A DNA stretch of 64,000 nt from assembly GCA_951406725.2 (NCBI GenBank), contig OX597828.1, positions 48,670,001-48,734,000 on the forward strand. The letters run 5' to 3'. A model generated the notes under the pieces. It searched no databases and was not told the origin of the DNA. It saw nothing but the letters and a program-made list of their open reading frames with translations. This DNA comes from Octopus vulgaris. Lineage: Eukaryota. This document shows positions 46,790 through 60,556 of the stretch, in pieces. A program made the translations under genes and the position numbers. Positions within the stretch are counted from its first letter, which is position 1, and every line of letters begins with the position of its first letter.

Positions 46790-47440
46790 CTGATTCTCGA
46801 GGAAGTGGAAGAGCCCCTTGCGTGCCCTCGAAGACTAGTGAGATTGATGTCGTTAATGTTCCGGTTTAAACTGTTGCAAGTCAGCACCTGCAGAAAAGAC
46901 ATGGGTAGGAAGTTATTTCCAGAGGGGCGATGTTCTGGAGAAGAAAGATCGGACATAGTAGTTACTACTGAGAAAAAAGAGCCTTCGATGTACGAAGAAT
47001 GTCAAGAATTGGAGAGGCAAGTGTACATTGGAGGTACCAGAATGTTGAAGGTATGAGACCAACCGGCTGCGAGGAGCAGAGGCCATTATAGGAGCGATAG
47101 TAGAAGGCACAAGAAAGATCTCGAACACCTGTGGACGAGAGATTTGAGTGTGTCCATTCGGGATGAGATGCCAACAATAAACCGAATGATCGTTATCTGG
47201 ATAGGACCCAGCATGTTTATGAGTGTAGCCATAGTACCGTCTCAGATGAGGACGCAATACCCCATTGGGGCCTTCACGCCTTGCAGACTGTCAGCATGTG
47301 TAGTGTGTGGGGAGGGAGAGACTGCCATATCGTCTAAGGGATGAATATATAGTTATATTAAGGGTTTGCGTTCGCCAGGAGAGACGCTCAGTGAGAGATT
47401 GGCCCGTGGGGACTCCAGCTGAGCGCTGCTTTTGTTTAGA
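46790..47440 (-). mobile_element. Degenerate CR1/Jockey-like LINE 3' fragment inside the GC-AG intron
   Basis: Frame-broken peptides VKAPMGYC, FYYRSYNGLCSS, NYYVRSFFSRTSPLW and DLQQFK are typical of LINE ORF2 C-termini. Confidence 0.7.
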
Positions 47441-47689
47441 AGAAATTTGTCATATTAGTATATATGTGTATGTATGTGCTGTGTGTGTATGTGTTGTTAT
47501 TATTATTGTTGTTGTTGTTGTTGGTGGTGGTGTTGTTGTTGTTATTGTTATTGTTTCTATCAAAGTTCCACTTACAGGCAGTCAAAATGATGATGGTGAT
47601 GATTATGATGATGATGGTCATGATGATGGCGATGATGACGATGACGGCGAAGACGACGACGATAGCGATGATCATGACGATAGCGATGA

Positions 47690-47723
<34 letters not shown>

Positions 47724-47920
47724 GGTGATGATGATGATGATGATGATGATGACGACGATGGCGATGATGATGATGATGATGATGATGATGATAGTGACGG
47801 TGATGGTGATGATGATGAGGATGATGATGATGATGGCGATGATGATGATGATGATGATGATGACGGTGATAAATGACAGAACGAGGTACTATAAATGAGG
47901 TACTATATTATAACACTTGC

Positions 47921-48094
47921 CTCGTTGTTGCAGGTGGTGTACTGTATGGAGTCTCCTTTGCACGTGTGTTGTGGCAAGAAACTTTGGATACATTTCCTGA
48001 GTCGGTAAGAAGATCCTCCACCACAGGTCCGGGAACAGAGACTCCATTCTGACCAGTCTGACCAGTAATCAGCAACAGCAATTTGTGGCAAAAC
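47921..48094 (-). CDS. Exon of ADAMTS-like protein (ADAMTSL1/3, punctin/MADD-4-like): first thrombospondin type-1 repeat
   Basis: 174 nt, 58 codons, VLPQIAVADYWSDWSEWSLCSRTCGGGSSYRLRKCIQSFLPQHTCKGDSIQYTTCNNE, with the WxxWxxCSRTCGGG TSR motif. Acceptor is a pyrimidine tract plus acacag|GTT; donor is GAG|gcaagt; phase 0 at both ends. Confidence 0.92.
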
Positions 48095-49148
48095 CTGTGT
48101 GCAAAGGGAGAAGGAAAAAAAATGATTGCAAATAAGCATGTTAGAGACATCAGATATCACAGAAAGAGAGAGGAAGCACTACTTGTGCAAGTAAAGAAGG
48201 ATGGTTTATTACATACAAAAAAGCAATTAAGATAAGAGGAATTACAAAATAAAGATAGAAACAAACAAGTGGAAGAATAAGAAACACTGCCAGTTCTTGA
48301 GAGAGATTCTAAGGAAAACAGATTTAGATAAAAGATGGAGGTGGTTACAAAAAAAGAAAAAACGACGTGAAACCAGAAATAGAGGCCCTGATATGAGTAG
48401 TACAGGAACAAGTGTTCAGCACAAACTACCTCAAAGTACAGGACTGTAAATTCCGTAGAATCTGATAAATGCAAAATACTTGGTGAAACTAGAGAGACAG
48501 TGCAGCAAACTTTAAGGGAGAATACAAGAGAAGACACGACAATGTCGCCGGAATAGTTCACTGGAAAGTATGTAACTAGTTTGGATCGGAAAAGACGAGA
48601 AAATGGTATAAACATGAACCAAAGGGTGTGGCAGAAAAATACAATGTTATCATAGAATCAAACATTGGAAACTGTATAGTTTACTGAAAGACAATGGGGG
48701 GGGAATAGCTTGCCTTGGGGACAGCATAAGGAGAAAACAAAAGGAAGAAACAACCGAGGTATGGAGTTTTGAAGAGAGAAATCAAAAAGCATGGTCAATG
48801 AAAATGGTGTATATTGAGATAATAAGATTGTCAGGGTACAATGAGCAAAGAAATTTAAAAACTGGTTGGAAAACAGTGGAATAAAAATGAAAATATCTAG
48901 AAAACAGCCTTATTTGGCAATGTCTCCGCAACATTCTCGAGACTTGAAAAGAACGTACCACCTTAGTTAACCGCCTTTTAGTCGAGCAAATCTACCCCAG
49001 GACTTATTCTTTGTAAGCCTAGTACTTATTCTATCGGTGTCTTTTGCCGAACCGCTAAGTTACAGGGACGCAAACACACCAGCATCGGTTGCCAAGCGAT
49101 TTTGGGGTGACAAACACAGGCACACAAACACACACACATACATTCATG

Positions 49149-49182
<34 letters not shown>

Positions 49183-49517
49183 AACGACAGGCTTCTTTCA
49201 GTTTCTGTCTACCAAATCCACTCGGTCCGAGGCTATAGAAGTGACGGGCCCAAGGTGCCACGCAGTGGGGATGAACCCGGAGCCACGTGGCTGGTAAGCA
49301 AACTACTTACCACACAGCCACTCCTGTGCCTATATATATATATATATGATTTCTTTTCACGGTTTTAGTTTAAACTTAAGAACAATATTACCCAAGTGAT
49401 TTTAAACAACCACACAAGGCTACTTAAATCAGTTTTGTTATATAGATGCAAATGCACACGTATATCGTATGTACATATATGCGGGTGTATGTGCGTGTAT
49501 GTGTGCGTGCGTGTGTT

Positions 49518-49584
<67 letters not shown>

Positions 49585-49695
49585 CATTGTATACATGTAT
49601 AAATATATTTGAATATGTGTCTGTCAGTATATATCATTACTATATTTTATAGATTGTGATATTATATTCTATACACACGCACTCAAATATACATT

Positions 49696-49781
<86 letters not shown>

Positions 49782-49870
49782 AGTATGTGTGTGTGTGTGT
49801 TTGTGTGTGTATGTATGTATTATACATACACATATATATATATATATACATACATACATACATACATACA

Positions 49871-49902
<32 letters not shown>

Positions 49903-51289
49903 CAGAGTGAGAGAGATTAATATCAAATATACAAGCACAGATAAATGTATGCGTATATATAGCATTTCATGTATAAATATGTATGAATACATACATACTT
50001 ATATATATGTTTGTATGTCTGTATGTATGTGTGTGTGTGTGTGTGTGTGTGCACACATATATATATATATATTTATATTTATATGAGTGTGTATGTGTGT
50101 ATGTACGTAGGTATGCATGTATATACTTATACATGTATGTTCATGTATATATGTAAATATGTTGAGCTCATGCAACGTAACGTGTCATTTTTCCAAAACA
50201 AAAACAAAAATTAAATCTCACTTAAGGGAATATTTGTTATAAACCTCTGCTAATTCACTGAATGCAGATAACTGCAAATTAATGCACTTGCTGCACTGGT
50301 TGTAATTGAATAATACACCCCGGCGTACCGGGTATATAGTGTCGGGTAGAATTACAATTGGCGTTATATACTGCATCGGTGACAACGTCAGACGAATCAA
50401 GCAGAAATATCACTTGACCATAATATCAATTTATAATCAAGAATGCAACCAATTAAAACCCACCCACCCCCACACCCATCCACCACCACCATCACCAGCA
50501 CAACCTCTCCCCCCATAACCACCACCGCCACCGCCACCTTCCCCTGACATCATCTCCATAAATAATGTCAAAGCCACCGCTACCATCACCGCTACCATCA
50601 CCACCATTTTTATATACCCTTCTTCAAAAACTTTACCTATATTATCATTACTACCACCCCATCGTCTATATGAGTGTGTATGTGTGTCTATGTACGTACG
50701 TATACATACATGTATGTATACATCATCATCGCAACCATCACTGTCAGCACTATATCGGTATTTATATATACTTATTTTATGTATTCATTTATACATACAT
50801 ACATATACATATACATACATATATACATATATATATGTATATACATATATATATATGCATATATATATGTATATACATATATATATATATATATGCATAT
50901 ATATATGTATATACATATATATATGCATATATATATATGCTCGAGCGTGGGTGTATAGTAAGAAGCTTGCTACCCAACCGCATGGTTCCGGGTTCAGTCC
51001 AAAACCTTGTGAGTGGATATGGTTGACGGAAGCTGAAAGAAACCCGTCGTGTATGTGTGTCTTCCACCACCATCACTTGACAACCGATGTTGTCCTGTTG
51101 TCGATTTCTTTGACTAAAAGGGCGGCGCTCCAGCATGGCTGCAGTCAAATGTCTGGAACAAATAAAAGAGCCAAAGAATATATATATATATATACACACA
51201 CACACATATATAAATGTAGGATCGACGTATAAGAAGATCGTTAACAACCGTCTTACACAAAACAGTATTACAAGCTACTTCAATGCTTT

Positions 51290-51664
51290 CTTCAACACAT
51301 CCCGGTTTTCAAACAATACAGATAACACTAGAAGTAACACATACACATAGCTCACCAAACATCGTTTTCAGCTTCACACACATGGCAATCACAGTCATTC
51401 GGCAAAATAACAGCCCCAATTTTCCTCGGACCACCTATTATTTATCAAGTAATAGTGTACAAACAACTCATTAGGTCCATCGTGGACTGCTCCAATACCT
51501 TCTGCAACCCTATTCGCTCGACAAGATGCAATAAATTACGAAATAGTCAAAGCAGTGGACTACACGTCATCACAAGTCGTACAGAGATATCACCTTCCGA
51601 AACAGAATACTTACCACAACATAAAACGATGCATATTTCCTTTAAATTGCATACCAAATGTTGA
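51290..51664 (+). mobile_element. Old Jockey/I-like LINE RT remnant
   Basis: YKQLIRSIVDCSNTF...KLRNSQSSGLHVITS resembles the post-RT YKxxIRSxLDYA...KLQxIQNxALRxITG motif. Confidence 0.5.
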
Positions 51665-51906
51665 CTCACTGAATGGACTTCACGTCGCTGTCCAAAATTA
51701 TTCTTATTTTATCTTTTATCTTTTTTTTTATTTAGTGCGACCGTGCTGGAGCTCAGCCTTGAAGAATTTTTTGTCGATGAATCGACCCCAATACTTTTTT
51801 TTTAAAGCCTGGTACTTATTCCATCAGTGTCTTTTGCCGAGCCGCTAAGTTACAGGGATATGAAAACACCAACACCAGTTGCCAAGCGGTAGTGGGGGAC
51901 AGAAAC

Positions 51907-52134
51907 GGCGAGCTGGCAGAAACGTTAGCGCGCCATGCGAAATGCTTAGCGATATTTCGTCTGTCGCAACGTTCTGAGTTCAAATTCCGCCGAGGTCGAC
52001 TTTGCCTTTCATCCTTTCGGAGTCGATAAATTAAGTACCAGTTACGCACTGGGGTCGATGTAATCGACTTAATACCTATGTCTGTCCTTGTTTGTCCGCT
52101 CTGTGTTTAGCCCCTTGTGGGTAATAAAGAAATA
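51907..52134 (+). mobile_element. SINE family A nested in a family B-like tail
   Basis: Imperfect 19-bp TSD ggtagtgggggacagaaac (51888-51906) / ggtagtggcggacagacac (52135-52153). Confidence 0.85.
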
Positions 52135-52730
52135 GGTAGTGGCGGACAGACACAGACACAAAGGTACACACACACACACACCACATATAATGAGTAGCAT
52201 ATTTGATTAATTTCGATTGTTATTGAACACATTCTTGATTACCTAAACAAGATATTACAGCTTGCGAGAAGCTATTAAAACCAAGAACAAACTTCAATGA
52301 ACGCCATAAACAACGCAGCACAGTAGTAAAGCTGTATAAGCATAAAAGCTGCACCGTGTTACAAACACACCTTTTAAAACTTTTAAAACTGTCAGAAATA
52401 TAGTGAATCTTACTAACGACGCTATTGTTCACCATTTGTAATATCATTAAGAAAAAAAGAACATGTGTGTACATGTACGCTCACGCGTACGTACATGCAC
52501 GTAATAGTGCATATTCATGTATGTTTGTATGTGTGCGTATACATATATATATATATGTGCGTGTGCGTGTATATATGTGTGTGTAAATAATTTGATTCGG
52601 TTCCATGCGACTTAAAGTTTTACGGGCCTCTAAACTCGCTTGGAGCCGAATCAAACTGTCTTTAAATAATACATGTAATTCTTACTAAATGTGCTGAGTG
52701 CCTTTTTACTTTCGTTTGTCCACTCACTCG

Positions 52731-53075
<345 letters not shown>

Positions 53076-53402
53076 TGGTAAATTTATAATACAAGAAAGT
53101 GGAATGAACAGGCTTTAATCCAAATCACAACAATCGTTTCTGTGCATGAGTAACACCTGTTAGTTACTGAGTGCTTCAGATATACATATTATTTTACAAA
53201 TATTACGTATTGGAGCAATCTCAAGAATAATCAGCCGAAATTGCGAGGATAATCTGGTTCTTGACTGCAGATAGAAAACTTCGAATGACCCGTCCTTGTT
53301 TTCTTTGTATCGTCTATCTGGATGTTTTGTTGTCCCTTTTTGTATCACCTTGTTGTTCGGATGTTTTGCGTTCTTGTCCTATTTTGTATTTTATATATAT
53401 AT

Positions 53403-53821
53403 TCTCTTTTACTCTTACTCTTTTACTCTTTTACTTGTTTCAGTCATTTGACTGCGGCCATGCTGGAGCACCGCCTTTAGTCGAGCAAATCGACCCAAGG
53501 ACTTATTCTTTGTAAGCCCAGTACTTATTCAATCGGTCTCTTTTGCCGAACCGCTAAGTGACGGGGACGTAAACACACCAGCATCAGTTATCAAGCAATG
53601 CTAGGGGGACAAACACAGACACACAAACATACACACACACATATATATATACATACATATATACGACGGGCTTCTTTCAGTTTCCGTCTACCAAATCCAC
53701 TCACAAGGCTTTGGTTGGCCCGAGGCTATAGTAGAAGACACTTGCCCAAGATGCCACACAGTGGGACTGAACCCGGAACCATGTGGTTCGTAAGCAAGCT
53801 ACTTACCACACAGCCACTCCT

Positions 53822-53826
<5 letters not shown>
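53403..53826 (-). mobile_element. SINE family B, full length
   Basis: Near-identical to 3308-3722. Confidence 0.9.
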
Positions 53827-53858
<32 letters not shown>

Positions 53859-53920
53859 CTTTTCAGAATGAGATAAAAAAAAAACCAAGGCTGTGAAGAT
53901 TTTAGAAAATTTTAAAATAG

Positions 53921-53969
53921 GTCTTACAGCTGTTTCCAGGATATTTTATTATATCCCTTCATCAGAGAC
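53921..53969 (-). ncRNA. Hammerhead ribozyme motif, intact core, palindromic helix III
   Basis: Minus strand reads gtct CTGATGA ag-ggatat-aataaa-atatcc-tg GAAA cagctg TA agac. Helix I gtct/agac; self-complementary cagctg helix III is typical of dimeric PLE hammerheads. Confidence 0.82.
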
Positions 53970-54347
53970 GGTGTGAGAAAATGGTTAAGCAATAGTTAAT
54001 TTAGATATGATACGAAATAGAGAGTGAAGTGGAGGAATGAAAATAGATGTGAGATATGCATGGATATTGCATTTGTAGATCCATTATTTAAGCAAAATGG
54101 TATACATATAAGATTTTAATATCCTGTGAGTAAAATCTTATATTATCTAAAATTGGTTATTCCAAGTATAGAGCTTGTACGCAGTGCTATTGAATCAAGG
54201 GTCTTATTTAATTTATTTATTATGCCTAAATAATGGATCTACAAATGCAATATCCCTGCATATCTCACATCTACTTCCATTCCTCCACTTCACTCTCTAT
54301 TTCGTATCATATCTAAATTAACTATTGCTTAACCATTTTCTCGCACC

Positions 54348-54395
54348 GTCTCTGATGAAGGGATATAATAAATATCCTGGAAACAGCTGTACGAC
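54348..54395 (+). ncRNA. Inverted copy of the same hammerhead motif with one helix I mismatch
   Basis: gtct CTGATGA(54352-54358) ag-ggatat-aataa-atatcc-tg GAAA(54380-54383) cagctg TA cgac. Confidence 0.75.
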
Positions 54396-54575
54396 CTTCT
54401 ATTTATAAACGTTATATAAAGGCAAGATGTACCACCGTTCGATGATGGCTGTAGCTAGTCGAAACTTCGAAGTCGCTGTCAATATTATTCTTAAAGAATA
54501 TCAAGTTTGTACTCTACCAAAAGTATTTAGTAAGCCTTCTGTTTAATGTTAGATTGTTTATATTAGAAGATAAAA

Positions 54576-54628
<53 letters not shown>

Positions 54629-56433
54629 GCATACATATCTATATACGATGATATATAGACATATATGTATGCATATATTTATGCGTCTGCATGGATATGT
54701 AAATGTCAACTCAATATGTATATTAGCACACACACACACACACATATATATATATACACACATCCACGTATGAGTGTGTACATAGCGTTTCTGTGAATCT
54801 AAAAGCAAAGGTCACATAGTTTTAGAAAGGCAGACTGTGTTAAATAGCAGCTGTAGGTTAAAGGGGAGATACCTTCAACACAGACCTCCCGCCATTAACA
54901 CTTGTCTGGGGGGGGGGGAGATGGAGGCGAGATGGGGGAGGTGACGGAGAGGAAGTAGGGGCGTTGACAGAAGGGGGTGAGGGTGGAGATGAAAGAATGG
55001 GAGGGAGGGGAAACGTGAGGGGGAATGAAAAAAAAGGGAGAGAGGTGTGGTGAGAAAAGGAGACAGGGCAGTGGCGGGAGAAGGAGCGACGGTGGGGGGT
55101 GACAGAAGAGAAGAGGGGGATTGAAAGAAGTTGAGAGGGGAGGTGAGAGGCGAGAGGGGGAATGAGAGGAGAGAGGGTGGAGGTGGGAATTGGAGGGGAG
55201 AGGTTAGAGGAGAGGGGGGACAGAAGGAGATTGGGGAGGTGACAGAAGAGAAGAGGGGATTGAAAGAAGTTGAGAGGGGAGGTGAGAGGCGAGAGGGGAA
55301 TGAGAGGAGAGAGGGGGAGGGGAGGGGACAGAAGGAGATTGGGGAGGTGACAGAAGGGATGAGGGTGAGGGAATCAAGAGAGGGGAGAAGGGAGGTGAGG
55401 GGGGAGAAGGGAGGTGAGGGGAGAGAAGGGGGCAGTGAGAAGAAAAAGAGAAGTGCAGGCAGACAGCCACCATCTCAGTTACACTATTACAACCACTACT
55501 ACCGCCATCCCACCACCACCACCATTGCCACCGTGACCATTCTCCCCCAATGTCAGTATTACCGTAACTATCACCTCCACCACCACCGAACACCGGCACC
55601 CTCACCACCATTGTCAACACATGGTCCACCTTTCCCCACACCACCACCATGCCACTAATATTGCCACAACCACCACCACCACCACTATCAGCCTCACTCT
55701 CGTAACTACCCCCTCTACTTCCACCTATTGTCACAGCTACAATTAATACCACCACCACCACCATTATCAACTACTGCAGCCATCAACACTAACACACCAC
55801 AACCATTACTACCGCCTTCACTACTACTACTACTACTACAAATACCATCACTCAATAAAAACTTCAATACTATTTCTACTACTACTACTACTACCACCAC
55901 CACCACCACCACAACCAGCAACACCACCACTACTACTACCATCACCATCACTACTACTAATACTAATACTAATACTACTACTACTACTACAACCACAATT
56001 ACCACTACTACTTCCACTACCAACCCCACCACTTCTACTACTACAATCACCACCACAACCACAACCACCACCATTTTAACTATCATTGTCACTCTCACCT
56101 CCACCACCACCATAACAGAAAAGCCAATCAATGAGGGAGTCGCTTACTTGGCCACTCGACCCTGCTAGAAATATCAGCCAAATCTCCCCCTCAAATCCTG
56201 CGATTAAGCAACAACGACACCGACTGAAACACCTGAGTCATGCTGAGCCGTAGGACGGCTGGATCAGGGCTGGCCTGGGGTTTTATAGCAGCTAACATGG
56301 TTTTTTCCCCCGCCGCCGCCGCCGCTAGAATCACCATTACAACTATTACGACCTCCCCTACTACCATCACCATCGCATCATCACTACTACCACCGCCGCC
56401 GCCACCAATACTAACACAACCATCAGTACAACA

Positions 56434-56480
<47 letters not shown>

Positions 56481-56541
56481 TACTACTACTACTACTACTA
56501 CTATTACAACTACTAATACTACTACTACTACTAATACTACA

Positions 56542-56572
<31 letters not shown>

Positions 56573-58621
56573 TTACTACTACTGCTACTACCGACAACAA
56601 CACCACCACAATCACCGTGAATACTGTCACCATCACCCCCTACCATTACCCCCGCCACCATTATCCCTATTATCTTCAGTATCAAGAGCACCATCGCCAC
56701 AACCACCACCATCACCACCACTACTATTACTCTCAGCCTCATCTCTATCCCCCATCCATACCACCACCACCACCACAACTACCATTCCTACAACCATTTA
56801 TACGGTAACCTTAGCGATAAAGTTGTCAACATGTTAGATGTAATAGCAGTGGTGGCGGGGGTCAGAGTAAAAAGATAAAGAAATTATTTAAAGGTTTATA
56901 TAGATTGTGGAGGCGGGGGGAGCTAAGAGGGGTGGGGAAGAAGGATATGAAGAAAGCAGAAACGAAAACAACAGATGTGCAAGGAAATCATGTAAACAAA
57001 TGAAAAACAAATAGGGGAAAGAAAAATTCTAAATTGAATGCCATGGCGATATATATTCACATCTGTTTGTGTTCTGGGTTCCAGTATCACGGGACCGATT
57101 TTACCTGTCGTCTTTTCCGGGGCCGATAAAATAAATTAACTATTTACATCGGGATAAAGTAAAGTAAAGTAACGGTAAAGCCCTCCTTCGGTCATGAATG
57201 ACCATGGGATTGCATCAAGAAAGTTACCCTCCGAGGCACATGTCCTAGTAAGGTACTTTATGGGAGAACAGTAGTCGCCCATGCATATCAGCCTCTTCTC
57301 TCAACACCAAAGATGTTATCCAAGGAAAAACCGATACAACTTGGGTACCAGTGATATCGGAACTCGTTTCTGCAGGTTAGTGAACTGGAGGAACGTGAAA
57401 TAAAGTATCTTGTTCAAAAATACAACACACAGCCCGATTCAAGAATCGAACTCACTACCTCACGATTGTGAGCCCGGCGCTCTAACCACTAAGCCATGTG
57501 CCTTCACCATGTAAACGCACATCCAATAAATCAAACACACGCACTGTTGTATTCAGCTTCATTTCAATTAGGCGGCAAGCTGGCAAGATCGTTAGCAACT
57601 CGGGCAAAATGCTTAGCGGCATTTCGTCCGTCTTTACCTGTCGAGTTCAAATTCTGCTGAGGTCGATTTTGCCTTTTATCTTTTCGGGGTCGATAAAATA
57701 AGTGCCAATTGAGCACTAGAGTCGATGTAATCGATTTTCCCGTCCCGCCAAATTTGCTGACATTGTGTCAAAATTTGAAACCAGTATTATCTTGTAATCG
57801 ATCTTAATGATTATATAATAATATAAATAATATATAAATATATGCATATATACCTATATGTACATACCTACATACATATGTATTTATATATATGGGTACA
57901 GGACATCAAAAAAATGTTGAACACAATGAGAAACGAAAACATAAAAACAAAAACCTTGACACGAACTTTTTTTTCGAACAACGAAAAAAAACCCCAGAGA
58001 AATGAGACATACAACATAAAGAATATTCCCCTTCTTCAGTTGTCCCTGTTTCAACTACTCCACGCCATGAAGGCAAGGACAAGACGCGACTTCATTGAAA
58101 CAGTCCTACCCGCAAAGCAAATTAAATAAAATTTGAGATTTTTTGCGTAGGGTGAAAGTGGTAACGAGAACATGACAGTGAGAACAAAACAGTAAAAACA
58201 ATAAAAAAGTAAAAACAGTAAACACCAGAACAATGAAAACAAAACAGTAAAAAACAAATGGTGAGGACTGTTAAGCCAAGACGATAGAAGAATTATTATG
58301 AACGCTTAGGAAGACGAACTTATGAAGGAAACAGTATGAGCACGTTTAGTCTTTACGAAGGTTGTGGGTAGAAAGGTAGATTCTCTTTCGTCACGTGTCA
58401 GCGACGAGAGAGTCGAGGAGGAGGAATGATTATATATATATATATATTATGCCAATGACATGCCACTCGATACTGTCTTGTATTTAAGAACTCTGTAGTC
58501 AGCTCTTAAAAAAGCCAAGTGTTACCTATCCCATTTTGAATTTAACACTAGGAAAACATGAAAATAAATTTACCCCTAGTCTATTGAAAGTAAAGAAATT
58601 ATTACAATATGGGAGATGTGC

Positions 58622-59010
58622 ATAATATTGTGTCTTAGGCCCACAGATAGTTGTAGTATTGTTAATGTAGGGGCAGGTATTGCATCGTCGGCCAGCGCAT
58701 TTAAAACTGCCTGGTTGTGTGGGACTGGGTAATATGGAGCTTCTAATTAGGAGATTTCCGAGCTTCTTTTAAATTTCTTTTTTATGCGAGGACAGGTGAT
58801 GCGGGAAAGATTGAAGCAGTTGTTGGGTCAGAAAGTAGAATACAGAAGTTGTGGATGAGTTTAATTTTCAAATAGAGAACGGACAGATGGAAGGTAAAAG
58901 AGAAATGCTAACTGTAGACGCGCGTAAAGACTATAGGACAGCGATGACGCGGTCAATGGACTGGGCCCTGCGGAGTGCCAAGTCAACAGTAGGTGGAAGG
59001 TGAGAGAAAG
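58622..59010 (-). mobile_element. Penelope-like element (Neptune-type) ORF remnant: linker and Zn-binding region between RT and GIY-YIG endonuclease
   Basis: Hand translation gives PPTVDLALRRAQSIDR, HNFCILLSDPTTASIFPASPVLA and LGNLLIRSSILPSPTQPGSFKCAGRRCNTCPYINNTTTICGPK, matching the PLE CxxxRCxTC linker motif. Not called in the ORF track. Confidence 0.8.
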
Positions 59011-59166
59011 ACGAGTAGAATACACTGTTCCTTCTACTCTTACTCCTGTTCTTACTTCTTTAAATTCTTTTTTAGCTTTTAATTCCTCTCTCAGTGCATC
59101 TTTTCCCTTCACCTTACTCTTGACCTTTCCCACGTTTCATCCTCATTCCATTTCTGTTCCATTCTA

Positions 59167-59669
59167 TTGGGTTGTCCGGAAAGTTCGTACCGATTTATAG
59201 AAGCTTACCTTTCGATTTATTTTAGAACATGGTTGAGTCCATAAAATAGGATTTGACTACACCTCCAGTTTAAGCTATCTTTTTGTGGAAGAAGGTTTAT
59301 GTTCCTATAACCTGTGTTAATTCTGTAACCTTTTAAAATGGAAGATAAGAAAGTTCATTTTCGACACTTGATGCTTTGGGAACCAGACAAAAATTGCTGC
59401 AGCTCGGCTGGGATGTGTTACCCCACCCTCCATATTCACCAGATATTGCTCCTTCGGATTTCCACTTATTCAGGTCTCTGCAGAATAGTTTTAATGGTAA
59501 AAATTTCAATTCCTTGGATGGGAAGAGGGTATTTTCAACTTAATGGAAAGATAGAAACGCATTGTGCAACAAAATGGTTCATATTTGGTTAATTAAAAAT
59601 GTAATGGCAAGTATTTATTGACCCTTTTCTTTCCTTTAAAAATCGGCACGAACTTTCCGGACAACCCAA
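59167..59669 (+). mobile_element. Internally deleted mariner (DD34D) transposon
   Basis: About 30-bp TIRs ttgggttgtccggaaagttcgt(a/g)ccgattt; left TA. Transposase remnants MEDKKVHFRHLMLWE and RQKLLQLGWDVLPHPPYSPDIAPSDFHLFRSLQN. Confidence 0.92.
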
Positions 59670-59968
59670 CACCTCTCTCTGCTACCACTTCTCATTCCAG
59701 TATGAAACTTCCGTAGTCCTGCGTTCCTCATCAAATGCAGCCAGTTTTTGTAACTCTGCTGCCCTTCATAAATTTGTCTCATGACAACTCTTTCTTGAAA
59801 AAGAACTTTATCCCAAACGCTAGATTTTCCATGTCGCACGGCAAATTCACTGTACATTTTCTGTCTATTTAAATACACAGACACGCATGAGAAACACTCA
59901 GTACAAGCATAGACGTTTATTCATTGAAAGCCCCAGTGATCTTGGCAGTTGAGCCGCGGCATTTATAA

Positions 59969-60200
59969 AGGCGGTGAGCTGGCAGAAAGGTTAGCACGCC
60001 GGGCGAAATGCTTCGCGGTATTTCGTCTGCCGTTATGTTGTGAGTTCAAATTCCGCCGAGGTCAACTTTGCCTTTCATCCTTTCGGGGTCGATAAATTAA
60101 GTACCAGTTACGCACTGGGGTCGATGTAATCGACTTAATACCTATGTCTGTCCTTGTTTGTCCCCTCTGTGTTTAGCCCCTTGTGGGCAATAAAGAAATA
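59969..60200 (+). mobile_element. SINE family A, full length
   Basis: Consensus match; TSD ggcatttata / ggcattgata. Confidence 0.88.
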
Positions 60201-60477
60201 GGCATTGATATCCAGCTCTAATGCTGCACGCGCACGCGCACATGTGTGCATTTGACTCCGTGTGTGTATGTGTGTACGTGTGTGCGTGCGCGTGTTCGTG
60301 TATAGCTTGAACAGGTATGAACCTAATTAAGATAATTTACCCAATATACGCTACATGAAACGGAAGTCTCCACTGGTGTTCCCAATGGAAGTTTCCTTTT
60401 CCAACGACCCAAAAGAGTATGACACTTAGGCTATTAGAAAAATGACTCCATAAAATGTCTGTGTTAATGTGTGTATG

Positions 60478-60556
<79 letters not shown>

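Noticed and set aside
47307-47898. Poly-Asp and poly-Met ORFs
   Set aside because: (GAT)n microsatellite inside the intron.
48157-48960. 152-aa minus ORF and purine-rich segment as exon or RT remnant
   Set aside because: No clear motif; possibly a very old LINE but not supportable.
50220-50450. GVIYCI peptide as a GIY-YIG remnant
   Set aside because: Too short and unsupported by flanking motifs.
52220-52474. Candidate signal-peptide first exon of the ADAMTSL-like gene
   Set aside because: Only weak donors; the better one (ag|gtaatc) is phase 1 and does not fit the phase 0 acceptor at 48094.
55715-56808. Mucin-like Thr/Ser-rich ORFs
   Set aside because: Degenerate (CTA)n/(CCA)n repeats; no splice or domain support.
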